Shown here: piece by piece, positions 1 to 11,948 of the stretch
How positions within the stretch are numbered: the stretch's first letter is position 1
Layout: the number at the start of each line of letters is the position of its first letter
DNA from: Anthoceros angustus
Taxonomy: Eukaryota; Plantae; Anthocerotophyta
Direction of reading: 5' to 3'
Assembly: GCA_010909165.1 (NCBI GenBank)
Contig: MU008178.1
Span: forward strand, 818,369-882,368
Length of the DNA stretch: 64,000 nucleotides
Translations under genes and position numbers: made by a program
Notes under the pieces: model-generated
Told to the model about the DNA's origin: nothing
What the model saw: the letters and a program-made list of their open reading frames with translations, nothing else
Database searches by the model: none

Positions 1-439
1 AAGGTCCCGCCCACTCTCGTGAAAAGACAAGGTCCGGCCGCTGTTCTCTAGTTCAGGTTCTGAGGGCTGCAGATGATTTTGAGGTTCGGCCAGTACGGCC
101 AATCTGGGACTCAATTTATGGTGAACTAACGTGTCCATCCCAAAAACATGATCACCAGAACTGTTTTCTGAAAATACTTTGGGCACATCAACCCCAAACT
201 TCCACGAAACAAAACAAAAACGGCCATTATCAGCAGTGTCCGTTCTATCCTATGACTGCCTCAAAACCTAGACCTACCAGAGAGAGAGAGAGAGACCTGT
301 GAACCAGAGATTGATTCTACATTACATCCCATTGTCTTCGAAAAACAACAGCCTTCTGCACATTTTGCCTGGTGGAATGGAAACATAACTGCTTCTCAAC
401 TCACAAGAGTTTCCCTGCAGGCAAACAACTCTGTTCCGC

Positions 440-1998
440 TTACGCCAACTTTGTTCCCTGCATCTGCGGTGAAGTTTGCCGACCCTCCTGTTGATTGCTG
501 TGTACTTCATGCAACCGTGGTGGTATCTGTGGAACCAAACCCGCCAGCTCGGCTGTCCGGACATAATCGTGGATAAGACTGTGACCATAGACCTCAGAAT
601 CAGGGAAGGAGTACTCCGGCAAATCCTGCTGTGATGAGAAGATATGTTGAGGCCCTGGATGTCTCCTCCCATGTAGATGAGCCTCAGTCGATGGCAAATA
701 GCCCGAATACGTATAGCTGTAGGAGCCACGAACTGCAGGAGTTCCGGCAGGGACTTGTCGCAGACCCGACACCGAGGGGTTATTCGGAGCCTGCACATGA
801 AGAGGTAGCAGAGACCGCAAGGACACAGGTCCAGAGAGAATTGGGACAGCATAGGACATCTTTTGGGCAAAGGTATCTATCTTCACAACCTGTTGCTCTT
901 GGGTGAGGCACGACTCCTGGCTGGAGCCAGCTTCAGGACCAAGTATTTCCTGGCTGAACTGCTGCGACGAATCACCCGGAAGAAGGCCCTCTTCATCTTG
1001 GCCACCATCGATCCTGGCATCCAAGTTCTGCCCGCTGTCCAACTGTTTCTCCAGTAACTTCTCGATGCCTAGGCCTTTGTTTGCAGCTGGAACTGGCGTA
1101 ATGAGCCGTTGCTCCTTTCTCCCCATCGCAGAATCATCAGCAGGTTGACTTGCTTGTCTGTATCTTTTCCTGCCACTACCAGAAGAAAGGACAAGGGCGG
1201 AGGATGTCTGCCCTTGCCCACTGCCAAGAGGTCTTGGTCCCACATGAGCTGAGCAGGCAACAAGAACAAACCATCAACAAGCAAGGAATAAGAGCAAGAA
1301 CACAAGAGGAACTGGAGAGTGGAGAGACAACTCACGTGCTTGAGTTTGGATTGCAAGCAAAGCAGTTCGAGCGGCCTTGATTTCAGCTTCTTTCTTACTC
1401 TTCGCAAAACCCCCACTGTACTTAACCCCAGCGACTTCTACGGTCGCAGAAAACGACGGTGAGTGGTCTTCACCCGACCTGATTGACCGATATACGGGCA
1501 ATGACAAACTTGACTTCTGGGCGTACTCCTGTAAGAGGTTCTTGCATAGTCCTGATTCATGCTACAGATAGTTGCAAGCAATTACGAGGGTAAGGACTGC
1601 AAGAACGTCTTAAGAGACGCTTGTCATCGCTGAAAAGGCGCTTGGAGTGCATTTTCTGCAAACCAAGGTCACCATGGAGGCTCCAAGCATCAGGGAAAAC
1701 AGAAGATGCAATGCAATTATCCAACAAAGCTTCAGACTGGTTTGCGACATACCACGGGTGCAGGCGTCACTTTACGACCGCCACTGGTTTGCACAAGCTG
1801 CTCGAGAGCAACTTTGGCGGCCGCGTGCTCCGCGGACTTCAGATTAGGATAACCAGGGGCACTCTCATAGCTCACACCGTTGATGTTGACTGAAGCCTTG
1901 AAGCGCGGCTCGTGAGGAGCTCCCTCCTTGACAAACTCGTACACTGGAGGCGGAAGAGCTGCTTTCTGAGCATATTCTTGCAACTGACTCTTGAACAT
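440..1998 (-). CDS. HYL1: HYL1/DRB1-like double-stranded RNA-binding protein, paralogue 1 (3 exons: 1998-1753, 1561-1336, 1248-440; ~426 aa)
   Basis: dsRBD1 MFKSQLQEYAQK..EGAPHEPRFKASV..KSAEHAAAKVAL. dsRBD2 HESGLCKNLLQEYAQK..KKEAEIKAARTALLAIQ closely resembles HYL1 HETGLCKNLLQEYAQK..RTALLAIQ. GT-AG introns join in frame; low-complexity C-terminal tail with basic RKRYR cluster. Confidence 0.88.
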
Positions 1999-2459
1999 TG
2001 TTGAGGCACAACGCGAACCAACGATGTAATGTAAAAGTTCTCCGGATCTGGAAACACTCTGCCGGAGGCGGAAAACCCAAGCGCTGATCCGCGAGACCTA
2101 AGGCCTGAACAGACGCACATCAATCAACGTCACAACCACGGCATGTCACACCTATATCTACATCCTTGGCAAGACACCATTTCGTAAAATTTGGCATCTC
2201 CTCACCTCTGCAACCAGGCTGCGCACCGTCCGTCCCTTGGTGATATGTTCGGTGGTAACAGGGACGAAGGAAGTAACGACTAGCTTGGCTAGCTTGTTAG
2301 GGGTTTGTTACTTTGTTGTTTGTTGGCGGGGCAGGTGTTAGACCGTTCTCCGCAATATCAACGGAGTACCTAACGTGAAATACAGTACTTGACCTTGGTG
2401 CTATGCAGCGCATCATCCCAGACTGGCAGAAGGAAAGTTCAAATATTCTGTTGACAAGT

Positions 2460-2640
2460 CCAGTTTTGAAGACAAATGATATTCGGCCAGTTCCGAAGAC
2501 AGTCATCTTCGCCCAGTTCCTAAGACAATCATCTTCGCCCAGTTCTGAAGACGTATATTCGGCCACTTTTGAAGACAATCATCTTCGGCCAGTTCTGAAG
2601 ACATATATTCGGCCAGTTCTGAAGACAAACATGTTCGACC
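2460..2640. repeat. Minisatellite, ~7 copies of a 24-27 bp unit (CCAGTTCTGAAGACAATCATCTTCGG-like)
   Basis: Repeated ccagttYYgaagac core visible directly, between the eIF3d 3' end and the DRB start. Confidence 0.85.
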
Positions 2641-2945
2641 CGGGACTTGTCTTTGACATTCAAAACTTCATTTTGTACGTAGGTTCAAACTTTACACCTA
2701 GTACACGAAGCGAGCAACGACGCCGGTCCGAGGCAACTGGGGAGTGGAGCACTTGGGAACAATTATTAGACACCGGCGGCACCACGGAATTGAGCCAAGC
2801 AAGCCCTTGGTGATGATTAATAGGGGCCCGGCTCTGCTGAGGCACAACGGGATTGAACCACACCGCCTCAGAATCACAGTGAGACGAAAGCCTCGATATT
2901 TTGAGTGACTTTCAACGTCACATTGTCCTGTACGTTGTAACGATT

Positions 2946-5900
2946 CTAAATCTCGAGCTCCACATCCTTTTCCTCTGCCGTCTCTGTTGTTTCCTGTGTT
3001 TCTGGTGGTGGTGGGGCCTGTTCATCCTGTATCACAAAGAAAGGCCAGACAGAATGTCACGAAAATCTTTCCACCGTTGGAAATCCTTCAGGCGGCATAC
3101 CAGCCTGGTCTAGAGACTCACCTCCGGCAAAGGTTCTTCAGCATAGTCATTTTCAAAGGCATCTGTGGGCACTGAATATAGCCTGCCAGGGTAAAACAAA
3201 CATCGCATCAACAAGAAGAGCCCAGAGTGGATGACAAATTGTCAACGGCAGCATATGGACTCGTAGACAACATGCTGAAACAAATTTCGGATCAGCAAGT
3301 TGAGCTCACAGTGGACGACAAATTTTCAACAGCAACATGTGAAATCATAGACAACAGGCATCTAGTTTCGAGCAATCATACTACATCTTGATGCATACCT
3401 GATAATGGCCTTGTTGGGATCTTTCACGAGCAAGTACTTTCCTTCATCAAGCTTCATACAGATATCGACCACACTCTGCCCGTCGAAAAGAAATTACTGA
3501 GCGGCCAGCATGTTGTATGTTGCAGTGACTAAACGACGTCTTCATGCATAGTACAAGAAATGACTGACCTTCAAAATGCCCCACATGTTGTTGACGCTGA
3601 GATTGATCTGGGCTGCAAATTCTCTGGGTTTGTAGCCTTGGACTGTCAGCAGCACATGGTTGTAGTTATCTTTGGGGTGAACCCTTGAAACATACCCCAG
3701 CTTCATCTGCACACAGTTTCACAAATTCATGGCATTAGCGCAAGATATAGGTCTTATTCCATAGTAGACCTCCGGAGCAAGTGCTTACCTGCTCTGCACC
3801 TGCAAGGATAGCCTGTGCTGTCCATTTGGCAAGCTTGTTGGCGTTGTTCTTCAGCTCCGTCGCTAATACCTGCAAGAACACACAACCCTTTCATTAACAT
3901 CTGGAGTAGAACACAGGTCTGCTGCCATCTGATTCTCTGCCTACAGCAGCTAAAAGGACTTACTGCTCCACGCTGGTTCTCAATTTTCTGACGCCAATCA
4001 ACTCCTGTGATTCTGGAATCAAACTCATTCAGAGAGTTGACAGTGAGGAGAACCTCTTGCCCTTTCATCTCCGCAACACTGTGGACTTCACACCTGGCCA
4101 CAACCGTAATCTCCTGCATTCATGTGTCAGATCAATTGGATAACATGGTCAACCATAACCCATACTAATCCTGAAGCAAGTACTATTTGAAGGTTGGTGA
4201 GAGTATATCCACTGCCCATTAAACATTACAAGCAGACGGTTACAAGTGAGATAGCTCACATCATCTAGCTTCCACTTCCGATACCGGTATGCAACAGAAG
4301 CCACCTCTTCATTCTCAGAGGCGAACGGATTTGGTTCATCAAACTCATGCTTCTTTCCATCCTGACAGAAGAAGGCGAATCACTGATAAGGGTTACAGAC
4401 TAGGAGAAGCCGAAGATGCATAGTCTGAGGACTATGCACTTAGCCACAAACGCACCCTCACTTACCCTGGCAAGAACTTGCTGAGAGAAATTTTGATTGA
4501 TAAAAGTTGCTTCTTGGCTCAGAGAGTGCACTGAGTTTATGCTCTCCTTCTCGTCAGGGGTTGGTTCTTGTGCCGTTTCATTGACCTGCAAAGGTGAAAG
4601 ACGAGAAACAACCACTAAGTACGAAACCCAAGCCCTTGAAGACACACATGTGGTGCCAAGCCCTTCCACCTCTGACACGTACAGTTAGAAGATCGAAGGA
4701 GGCATCTCTTTTGTCAAAGAAAAGCTTGTTTCCAACTCGTTGCACAACAATGTCCCATGAGTACATTGATCTTGGAGAGCACATTATTGTGGACAATATC
4801 GCATCAGTTGCAAACACAGTACCAACGTCTTGGCTCTCTAACAAAAGCCTCCTGGGGATCACAGATGAAGGAGTGTTACCTCACAAGAGCTAGCACTGCA
4901 AACCAGGCAACAGATGATGGAGTTCCTGAAACACAAGTACGCACCTAATGACAGGGTCATCCGTAGTTGTGACCTTGAAAAACTGTCGGTTCTCACACCG
5001 TTCCAGAGGCCGCTCAGTCTGAAAGGCATACATAAGACTCACAACCAAAGCAATGGGAAGGCAATAGACAGCCAGAAAAAAGGAACTGGGCAATGTCTTC
5101 AAGCCTCACCTTCGGGGTGACGCGATCAAAGGACTTGTCGTAGTATTCCAACGATCCACACGTTGTTCTGCAACAGGGCAACAAGCTATAAGTCATGAGC
5201 AACGTAACACATTCGGAGAATGTGTGCAAAAAGTCGAACTAGACACAGGACAATACATGTCTTCGGGCTCGCCAACGTCAAAGCTGAGCTTGGACAGCGA
5301 GGTGAGAGGGATCTGCTCCAAGACAGTCCACTCAGGCCGAATATCCACCTACACAGGCCAATTCCGCTCATGACTTGAAAAGAGACGTAAGTGAGCCACA
5401 GACGTACTGAGCAGAAGCCCTCTGGCAGCATACCGAGCTATTGTAGACAACTCGAGGTGCATTCTTGTCCTGCCAGTAGGCGTTCCATTGCCCCCGCTTT
5501 TGCTGCTGCAAGCGTTCACGACGTTGGCGTTCTCGGTCTGCACCCGCCCCACTGTCCCGACCTCCATCTCTTCTGCCTTCATCCCTGTCTCTTCTTTGAA
5601 ACCGCTGATAAAGAAAACACAAACCTTGAGTCACTCCCGCTTCTACCACCAAGCACTTGAGACAAGAAAGAAGCAGTCACACCTGGTGGAATCTGCGAGC
5701 CCCATACTTGGGCCGCCCCGGCGCCCGCGTGTCCACTAAATGGAAAGAATCCTGAAACGCAGCAAAGAAACGACAGTTACGCCGGCCGGCAATGAAATCA
5801 AATGCTGGCACATAGCTCAGGCGAGGGTCTCCCTCACCTCGTCCTCGTTATGGAAGAAATTGAAGACCGCGGAGCCGGCGGTATTCCGATCAAATCGGCC

Positions 5901-6295
5901 TGCACAGACACAGCCGCCTGTCACCCGATTTGCACTGCAAGCCTGGCAGCCGCGGGCATTGCAATGGCATCCCCAGTATACAATGAGTTACCAGTTAGGG
6001 TGAAGTTGCAGCAAGAAGAAGCGGATGGCAATTGCAGGAGAGTTCACATCTCCCTCTCCCACAGCCCAGCCCAGCCCAGCCCAGCCCAGCCCTTCCGGGC
6101 ACGGCAGAATGGCTGACCTGAGGTGTACTTATTGTAGCCCTGGGCCGTCCAGTCGGAGGCGCGACCAACACGGTCCGCCTTGCTGAAAGGCGCGTAGGGC
6201 ACATCCTCCAGCTGCGGCGGCACGCAGCCCGCAGCCGGTCCCCAGCCTTCGGAATTGTCGGCCACTTCCGGCACGGAGAAGTCTTTCCACACCAT
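2946..6295 (-). CDS. eIF3d: Eukaryotic translation initiation factor 3 subunit D (multi-exon)
   Basis: N-terminus [27 protein letters not shown]; internal [86 protein letters not shown]; last exon 3026-2946 ends DVELEI*; the splice sites checked are GT-AG. Confidence 0.95.
6063..6092. repeat. (CCCAG)n microsatellite in eIF3d intron 1
   Basis: agcccagcccagcccagcccagcccagcc seen directly. Confidence 0.9.
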
Positions 6296-6573
6296 AGCTC
6301 GTGTCGTGCTCGCTCGCTCACTCCACGATCGCTTCGCTCAAATCCGCTCTGCGGGCAGCGTTGGTATCGATGTAGACTACGCGTGGGCCTTTCGGTTTAG
6401 GGTCCCGAGTGGGAAGAAGAGCAGCAGTGTACGCCATGAAACAAAATGCATAACCGGCAGGCAGACAGGTCCAGTATTCCAGCCGCCTTGTCATGTACAC
6501 TATTCCACCCGCCTTGAATCGTATGAATTTCGAAGACTAAACGCTACCGCCTACATCTACAACGCAGTGGCCA

Positions 6574-7640
6574 TCAGGAGGCGGCCGTGCCCGTGGCCGA
6601 AGCCCTGGGCCTGCTCGATGTGGGGCTGGGTGACGAGTACCCGCACCCGGCGCACTTCTTCTCCTTCTCCGCCAGGGATTTGAAGTCGTGGAAATCGGGG
6701 ACGGTGGAGTAATTGGCGAAGGTGTTGTCCAAGGCCCACCGCCCGTCTTCCATGCGCGATATGTGAAACAGTGGCCATCTGTTGATCCGGACGTGCTGCA
6801 CTCTGTCGGCGCCATCTCCTGTTCCGGCATTGTATACGATCTTCCTGCCACCCACCAAATCCATCAGGCTTGTCGCTGCGGAAGGAACGAAGGACCAGTT
6901 TTCATCACCACCCACCACAAGCATTCTTGGCCTCCCCATATGGGGTCCCCGGGGTCCGCCGTGATGGTGCCATCGCAATGGAAGTATCTCTTGAGGGGAG
7001 TCTTCCCCTTCTGCGACGGGTCCAACTGGGTCCAGTAGGAGGGGCACGGCTGCAGCGCAGGCACACAGAGCGCGTCAACGGCCGGCTCCGGTACAACCAA
7101 CCCAGGGAACAAGAGGTGAAACCTAGTCCGTGCACTCACTGGCTTCAGTCTGATCTCCCAGGTGCGGGCGCAGGCTTCCCGAGCCGTGATGGTCACCTGC
7201 CAATTTCGCAAAGCAAGGCAGGGTGAGCAGGGCCAGGGGGAGTAAGCTCTTCTTGCGCAGAAGCAAACGTCTATGTAAGTACCCGCAGCACCCACCTGCT
7301 TCTTGTCGGCCAGAGTGAGGAGGCAGGCGTGGTGGGGAGGAAGGGAGGGGGACTCCAGCAGGGCCAGCGGCCTGTGCGCCCGCCCCGTCCACATCTGCCA
7401 GCAGAAGTAGTTCCAAAGCGCGTCCGCCCGAGCCACTACACGCCACGACCGGCTCACCATCGTGCAGCGTGCCAGGCTGTGGACATCCAGCAGCCGGAAG
7501 ATTTTAGATTGCAACAAGTCTGCCTCCAACACCTCTCCCGGATCAACGCGCCGGGCCGCCGCGACGTCCTTAGGCTGCTCTTTCCTCCGTCTCTCGTGAG
7601 TGCTTGGTTGCGCCGCCCAGGGTGTGGATGTTTCCGGCAT
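6574..7640 (-). CDS. F-box protein with conserved plant C-terminal domain (4 exons: 7640-7296, 7196-7140, 7049-6916, 6844-6574)
   Basis: F-box DPGEVLEADLLQSKIFRLLDVHSLARCTMVSRSWRVVARADALW; the spliced C-terminus RYFHCDGTITADPGDPIWGGQEC..HVRINRWP resembles a small conserved plant F-box family; all three introns are GT-AG and in phase. The start codon could lie further upstream. Confidence 0.8.
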
Positions 7641-8275
7641 CTCAATCACCCAACAACAACAACAACAGCACCAACAACACCAACCAGGCGAGCACAAACA
7701 AGAAAGGGGCACGGCGTCCCGACCAACAACGCCTCCCCAGGGCAAGCCCCGGCCGCCCAAAGGATGCCAGCCGACACGGAAGATTTGAAGCAAGTGGGAC
7801 GGGAGTTCCCTGGCGGCCAGCGCATCGGCCATTGGGCCAAGCTCCGCTGGATTAGCTCCTCCGCCCGCCTCACACATCACGTGCTCCCAAAGCAGCCATT
7901 CACCGCTTCTCCTGCCAGAAGACAGATCTCTCCACTCCGCTTTGGGGGGGGGGGCCCACGCGCAGCGCGCACGGCCTACATCACCGCCGTCACCCTCTCC
8001 CTCTCTGCATTTGACTAGCTTACACAACAAGCAACTACGCAGTCATGGACTGCTCGGCTGCAGGAGGATGGGATCATGGGACGAAGCTGTTTCCACGCTT
8101 TTGAACACTGGCACATACAGTGCATATTCTTGTTTCAGGGAAAAAGAGAGAGAAACAACTGTGACAACAGACAGATACACACTTTTCCTAACAAAACGGC
8201 CAGCAGGAAACAGCATGCCCGCAGTGCACACCGACTTCCAGCAAAACCGGCCACATCCACCGAAGCCTGAACTAT

Positions 8276-9634
8276 CTACACAAAAAGATCAAATCTGGGC
8301 ACAAAAAGGGAGTGGGCGTCCAGCTCAACCCTGTCCTTCGTGCAGAAAGTGGAGATGTCATGCCAGGACTGGTCAGGGATGTGGTACGCGAACCACTTCC
8401 TTGACCAATACCCTGTTTTGGTCTGGCACACAATTGAGAACTCCAGCAAGATGTAGTCTCCGATGCTGCTGAACATCATGTAGCTCACTTCGCACTCATC
8501 GCCGTTCCCGCCTGATCCCTCCACCAAGGCTTCAGGAGCAAAAGATATGTGCGTCCACTTTAGCTCCGACTTGTCCAGCTGCCAGATCCCGATCACACGG
8601 TGGGCAGTTGCATGACCGGAGAACCCTCTTACCACGTAAATATCGTCCAGGTGTGCTACGAGCCCTACCACCCTGCGACTAGGGCAGGTGAGGTTCACCG
8701 TGTCCTGCACCAGCGCGACTCGGGCTACGCACTTCACCGTGCCCTCCTCCAGAGTATACAGATTCACAGTGTCCATTCTGTCGCAGAAGGAGTACAGTAC
8801 TCCATCCTGCACAACCCAGTCACAGGCCAGAATGCACCCTTCCTCCAGACGCTCAGCGGAAAACAGCTCCCACCGATCTGTCTGAGAGGAATAGCTAAGC
8901 ACCCTGCACAGAGCTGACTGTAGCGTTAAGGGCAGCCGCCTTCCCCTGTACAACCCTTGAAGCCGGCATCTTCCTATCAGCAGAATCCGGAACCCCGATC
9001 CTGGAAATCTGTCCACCAGGACCTTCACCTTCCATCTCTCCAGGTTGGGGAACGTGGCCCCGCACTTGGGCAACAGCCGATGTGAGTTGTTCATCGGATT
9101 CACAACCCAGATGTTTGTGCTCTGGGGGGATATCACGGCACGGGCGTCAACCACACAAATCAGCCCATCCTGCATATCGACACAGGGGACATCCAATTGT
9201 GCCAGGGGCCTGCAGCTCTCCAGAAGCTCCCACAGCTTCAATCTGCTCACTCTGTTCCAGCAAACGCTGTCACCGGTCTCCTTCCTCTCCTCCTCTGCTG
9301 GCCTCATCTCCAGAGAGCAAATCATCGGCACACGGAAAGCCTGGGAGGATGACAACACCCGCCGCCACTCTTTGCACACAGCCCGGAACCGACATTTACT
9401 TGCTACGGGAAGCATCATGAGAATCCTGTTCTCCAGGATCTCCCTGGGCAGCAAGGCCCACAGAGCCCCATCCATCCTCCGGCAATCCGACCCAGCTGAT
9501 GGGCCCTTCGGGATTGGCACCTCCCTCAAGTCGCCTTCCAAAACACAAAGCTTGAACTTTAGGCCGTCCGTCCCCCTCTCGTCGCTGCAGATCTCATCGA
9601 CACCCATCCCCTCCCAGCTCCTCACCATTGCCAT
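8276..9634 (-). CDS. F-box protein with kelch/FBA-like beta-rich C-terminus, single exon
   Basis: F-box LWALLPREILENRILMMLPVASKCRFRAVCKEWRRVLSS; DGLICV..IWVVNPMNNSHRLLP; YSSQTDRW; long open frame. The first ATG is at 9634. Confidence 0.88.
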   Translation of the reverse strand: MAMVRSWEGMGVDEICSDERGTDGLKFKLCVLEGDLREVPIPKGPSAGSDCRRMDGALWALLPREILENRILMMLPVASKCRFRAVCKEWRRVLSSSQAFRVPMICSLEMRPAEEERKETGDSVCWNRVSRLKLWELLESCRPLAQLDVPCVDMQDGLICVVDARAVISPQSTNIWVVNPMNNSHRLLPKCGATFPNLERWKVKVLVDRFPGSGFRILLIGRCRLQGLYRGRRLPLTLQSALCRVLSYSSQTDRWELFSAERLEEGCILACDWVVQDGVLYSFCDRMDTVNLYTLEEGTVKCVARVALVQDTVNLTCPSRRVVGLVAHLDDIYVVRGFSGHATAHRVIGIWQLDKSELKWTHISFAPEALVEGSGGNGDECEVSYMMFSSIGDYILLEFSIVCQTKTGYWSRKWFAYHIPDQSWHDISTFCTKDRVELDAHSLFVPRFDLFV

Positions 9635-10060
9635 CGCGGGCCTCAAGCCGCCGGGGGCTCTCCCTTGGACCTTTTCACTTCTCTTTTGGCGGGAATGAAA
9701 TCTCTCACACTTAAACTCAATACAATCTCTCAAACTGGGAACGAAGTGGCCAAAGAAAGCTTTTCCCTTACCTGATTTAAGATGGGGCTCTCACGAATGT
9801 CACAAAATGTGTCAGAGACCGAAGACCTAGTGAACAGACGTCGTTATTAAAGACACCTCGTTTGTCTCTAGTCCATCCCTTCGATATCTCCGTCGTGGCA
9901 TTGGAGGAGCCGTGATCTTCCCGCCAAGCCCCAATTCAGAACGAATGCACCAGATCAAAACTGCCGCCTGCGGTGCACTGGAGAGTTTCAGCTCTTTCAC
10001 TTTCACTGCTTGGTGCTTGCCATCTCCGATCATAAAGATACTTGCACATTCTGCTCGTGT

Positions 10061-11468
10061 TCACTCCAGCTCTTCCCAGCTTTCCTCTGGACTCCTCTCG
10101 GTGAGGCCTTGGATGATGCTTCCATTGCACAAAGAGTCGGCATCCTGCTGCCGGAAATGTCGGGGTCGTGACTGTTTCAAGCCCTGTTGATGCCCTAAAT
10201 GGCTCAAGATGTGTTCATGCGTGTGGCGTGGCATGCCGATGGGCCCATGCACCCCAGGAGATGGCATGAAAGCCGGATGGTACGAGTGAGGAACTACGTG
10301 AGGTGGCTCCAGGGCCCACATTGGTGAAACAAGTTGAGGTGGGAAGTGAAGTGGGATAGTAGGATAGGCATTTTCTTGTTGACGAGCACCTGCATTGGGA
10401 GGCTGAGGCGCGTTGTCTTGGCACGGCACCGGGCTGAGGTGCTCATTGCCAAGCTCACGGCTGAGCAATCCTGGGATGAATTGCTGTGTATCCACAGCCC
10501 CCACATGCTGCCTACCATCGGTCCCGGCATCTGAAGTAGGCCAATTCGCAATGTGCATTTGCGATGCCATGGCTCTGTTTGCAGCTGCAGCAGGAGGAGT
10601 CGGCTGGTGCTGTTTCTCACCCCTTGCTGCATAATCAGCAGGCTCTGCTGGTTGTCTACCTCGCTTCTTCCAATTTTCAGATGGATGCACGGGAGCTGGT
10701 GCGGGGGCAGCACCTGGAGTTCCTGCTTCAACGGAAAAAGCTGAGCAAGGCAAGCAAGGAAACCATCACAAGGTCCAAAAAAGAAAACAGAGGAAACACC
10801 ACGAAGTCGAAAAACGGTGGGTACTTACCTGATCGACTTTGGATTGCAAGTACTGCAATTCGAGCGGCCTTGATTTCAGCTTCCTTTCTGTTCCTCGCTA
10901 CTGCTCCACGGTACGTAACCCCGCCAATTTCGACGGTAGCCGTGAACTGCCCTTTATCCGTCTTCAGTAGCACATATACAGGCAAGGGCAATTTTGCCTT
11001 CTGTACGTGCTCTTGTAAGAGGGACTTGTAAAGTCCGGATTCAAACTGCAAGTAGATGCAAGCAATCAGGAGAGTAAGGACTTCCAGACCTTTGTTGAGA
11101 GAACGCCTGTCATCGGCGACCATGTTACAGGCTCTCGGAGTTCAGCGGAATTATGGGTTCTGCACCAATGGCTCAAGATCACACAAACAAGAACATCCCA
11201 AGCAACTGCACATGACAGTGTTGCAACATACCACAGGAGCAAGTGTCACTCCGTTACCACCCTGAAGGTGCTCAAGAGCTACTTTAGCGGCAGCCTGCTC
11301 CGCGGATTTGAGGTTGGGATGACCAGGAGCACTCTCATAGCTCACCCCGTTCACGCTTACGGTAGCTTTAAAGCGAGGCTGATGAGGAGCTCCGTCCTTG
11401 ACAAACCCGTACAAGGGAGACGGGAGCGCAGCTTTCTGTGCATATTCTTGCAACCGATTCTTGAACAT
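10061..11468 (-). CDS. HYL1/DRB1-like dsRNA-binding protein, paralogue 2 (3 exons: 11468-11232, 11045-10829, 10740-10061; ~377 aa)
   Basis: Two dsRBDs (MFKNRLQEYAQK..DGAPHQPRFKATV; ESGLYKSLLQEHVQK..RKEAEIKAARIAVLAIQ). Intron positions and phases match paralogue 1, and the tail motif KKRGRQPAEPADYAARG is homologous. Confidence 0.85.
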
Positions 11469-11948
11469 CGTCAGCAAATGTCACTCCAGGTCATTCCAGA
11501 TCTGGAAACACTCCTGTCAGACGTCGAGGCGTATGAAACCTAATCAGACCTGCGAGGATGCATGTCGCGTCAGACACGAAGTTCACAACCATAGAACGCT
11601 GAAATCCATAGAAACCATGGCATCTACATCCTTCTGCCTGCAGAGAATCCTAATCGAGAAACAGCGCATACAAGAACAAGAAAAGCAAGTTTTTACTTGT
11701 ATACATTCTTCAGTTTGAACAGCTATGGGCGTGTTTACTGACCTCTCCTCGTCATAACTGAAAAATAGGGCAAAGCTCCTGATTCTCAGGGGCTTGACGG
11801 GTATGCTTGCAAGGAAGTCGGAAACTCCGAGAGGAAGTTGCATAAGGGCAATTTGAGCATAACGAATGCATCAGCTACGCCAGGAGGTTCTGTTATCAGC
11901 CCACCCGGACATTGATCTCCATCAGAGATCAGAAGGATGCGAGGGCGC

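Noticed and set aside
2460-2640. CRISPR-like array
   Set aside because: The units abut with no unique spacers, the context is eukaryotic, and there are no cas genes.
6864-8030. 388-aa single ORF with a poly-Cys tract
   Set aside because: It reads through two in-frame introns of the F-box gene; the Cys run is the reverse of a (CAA)n microsatellite at ~7651-7684.
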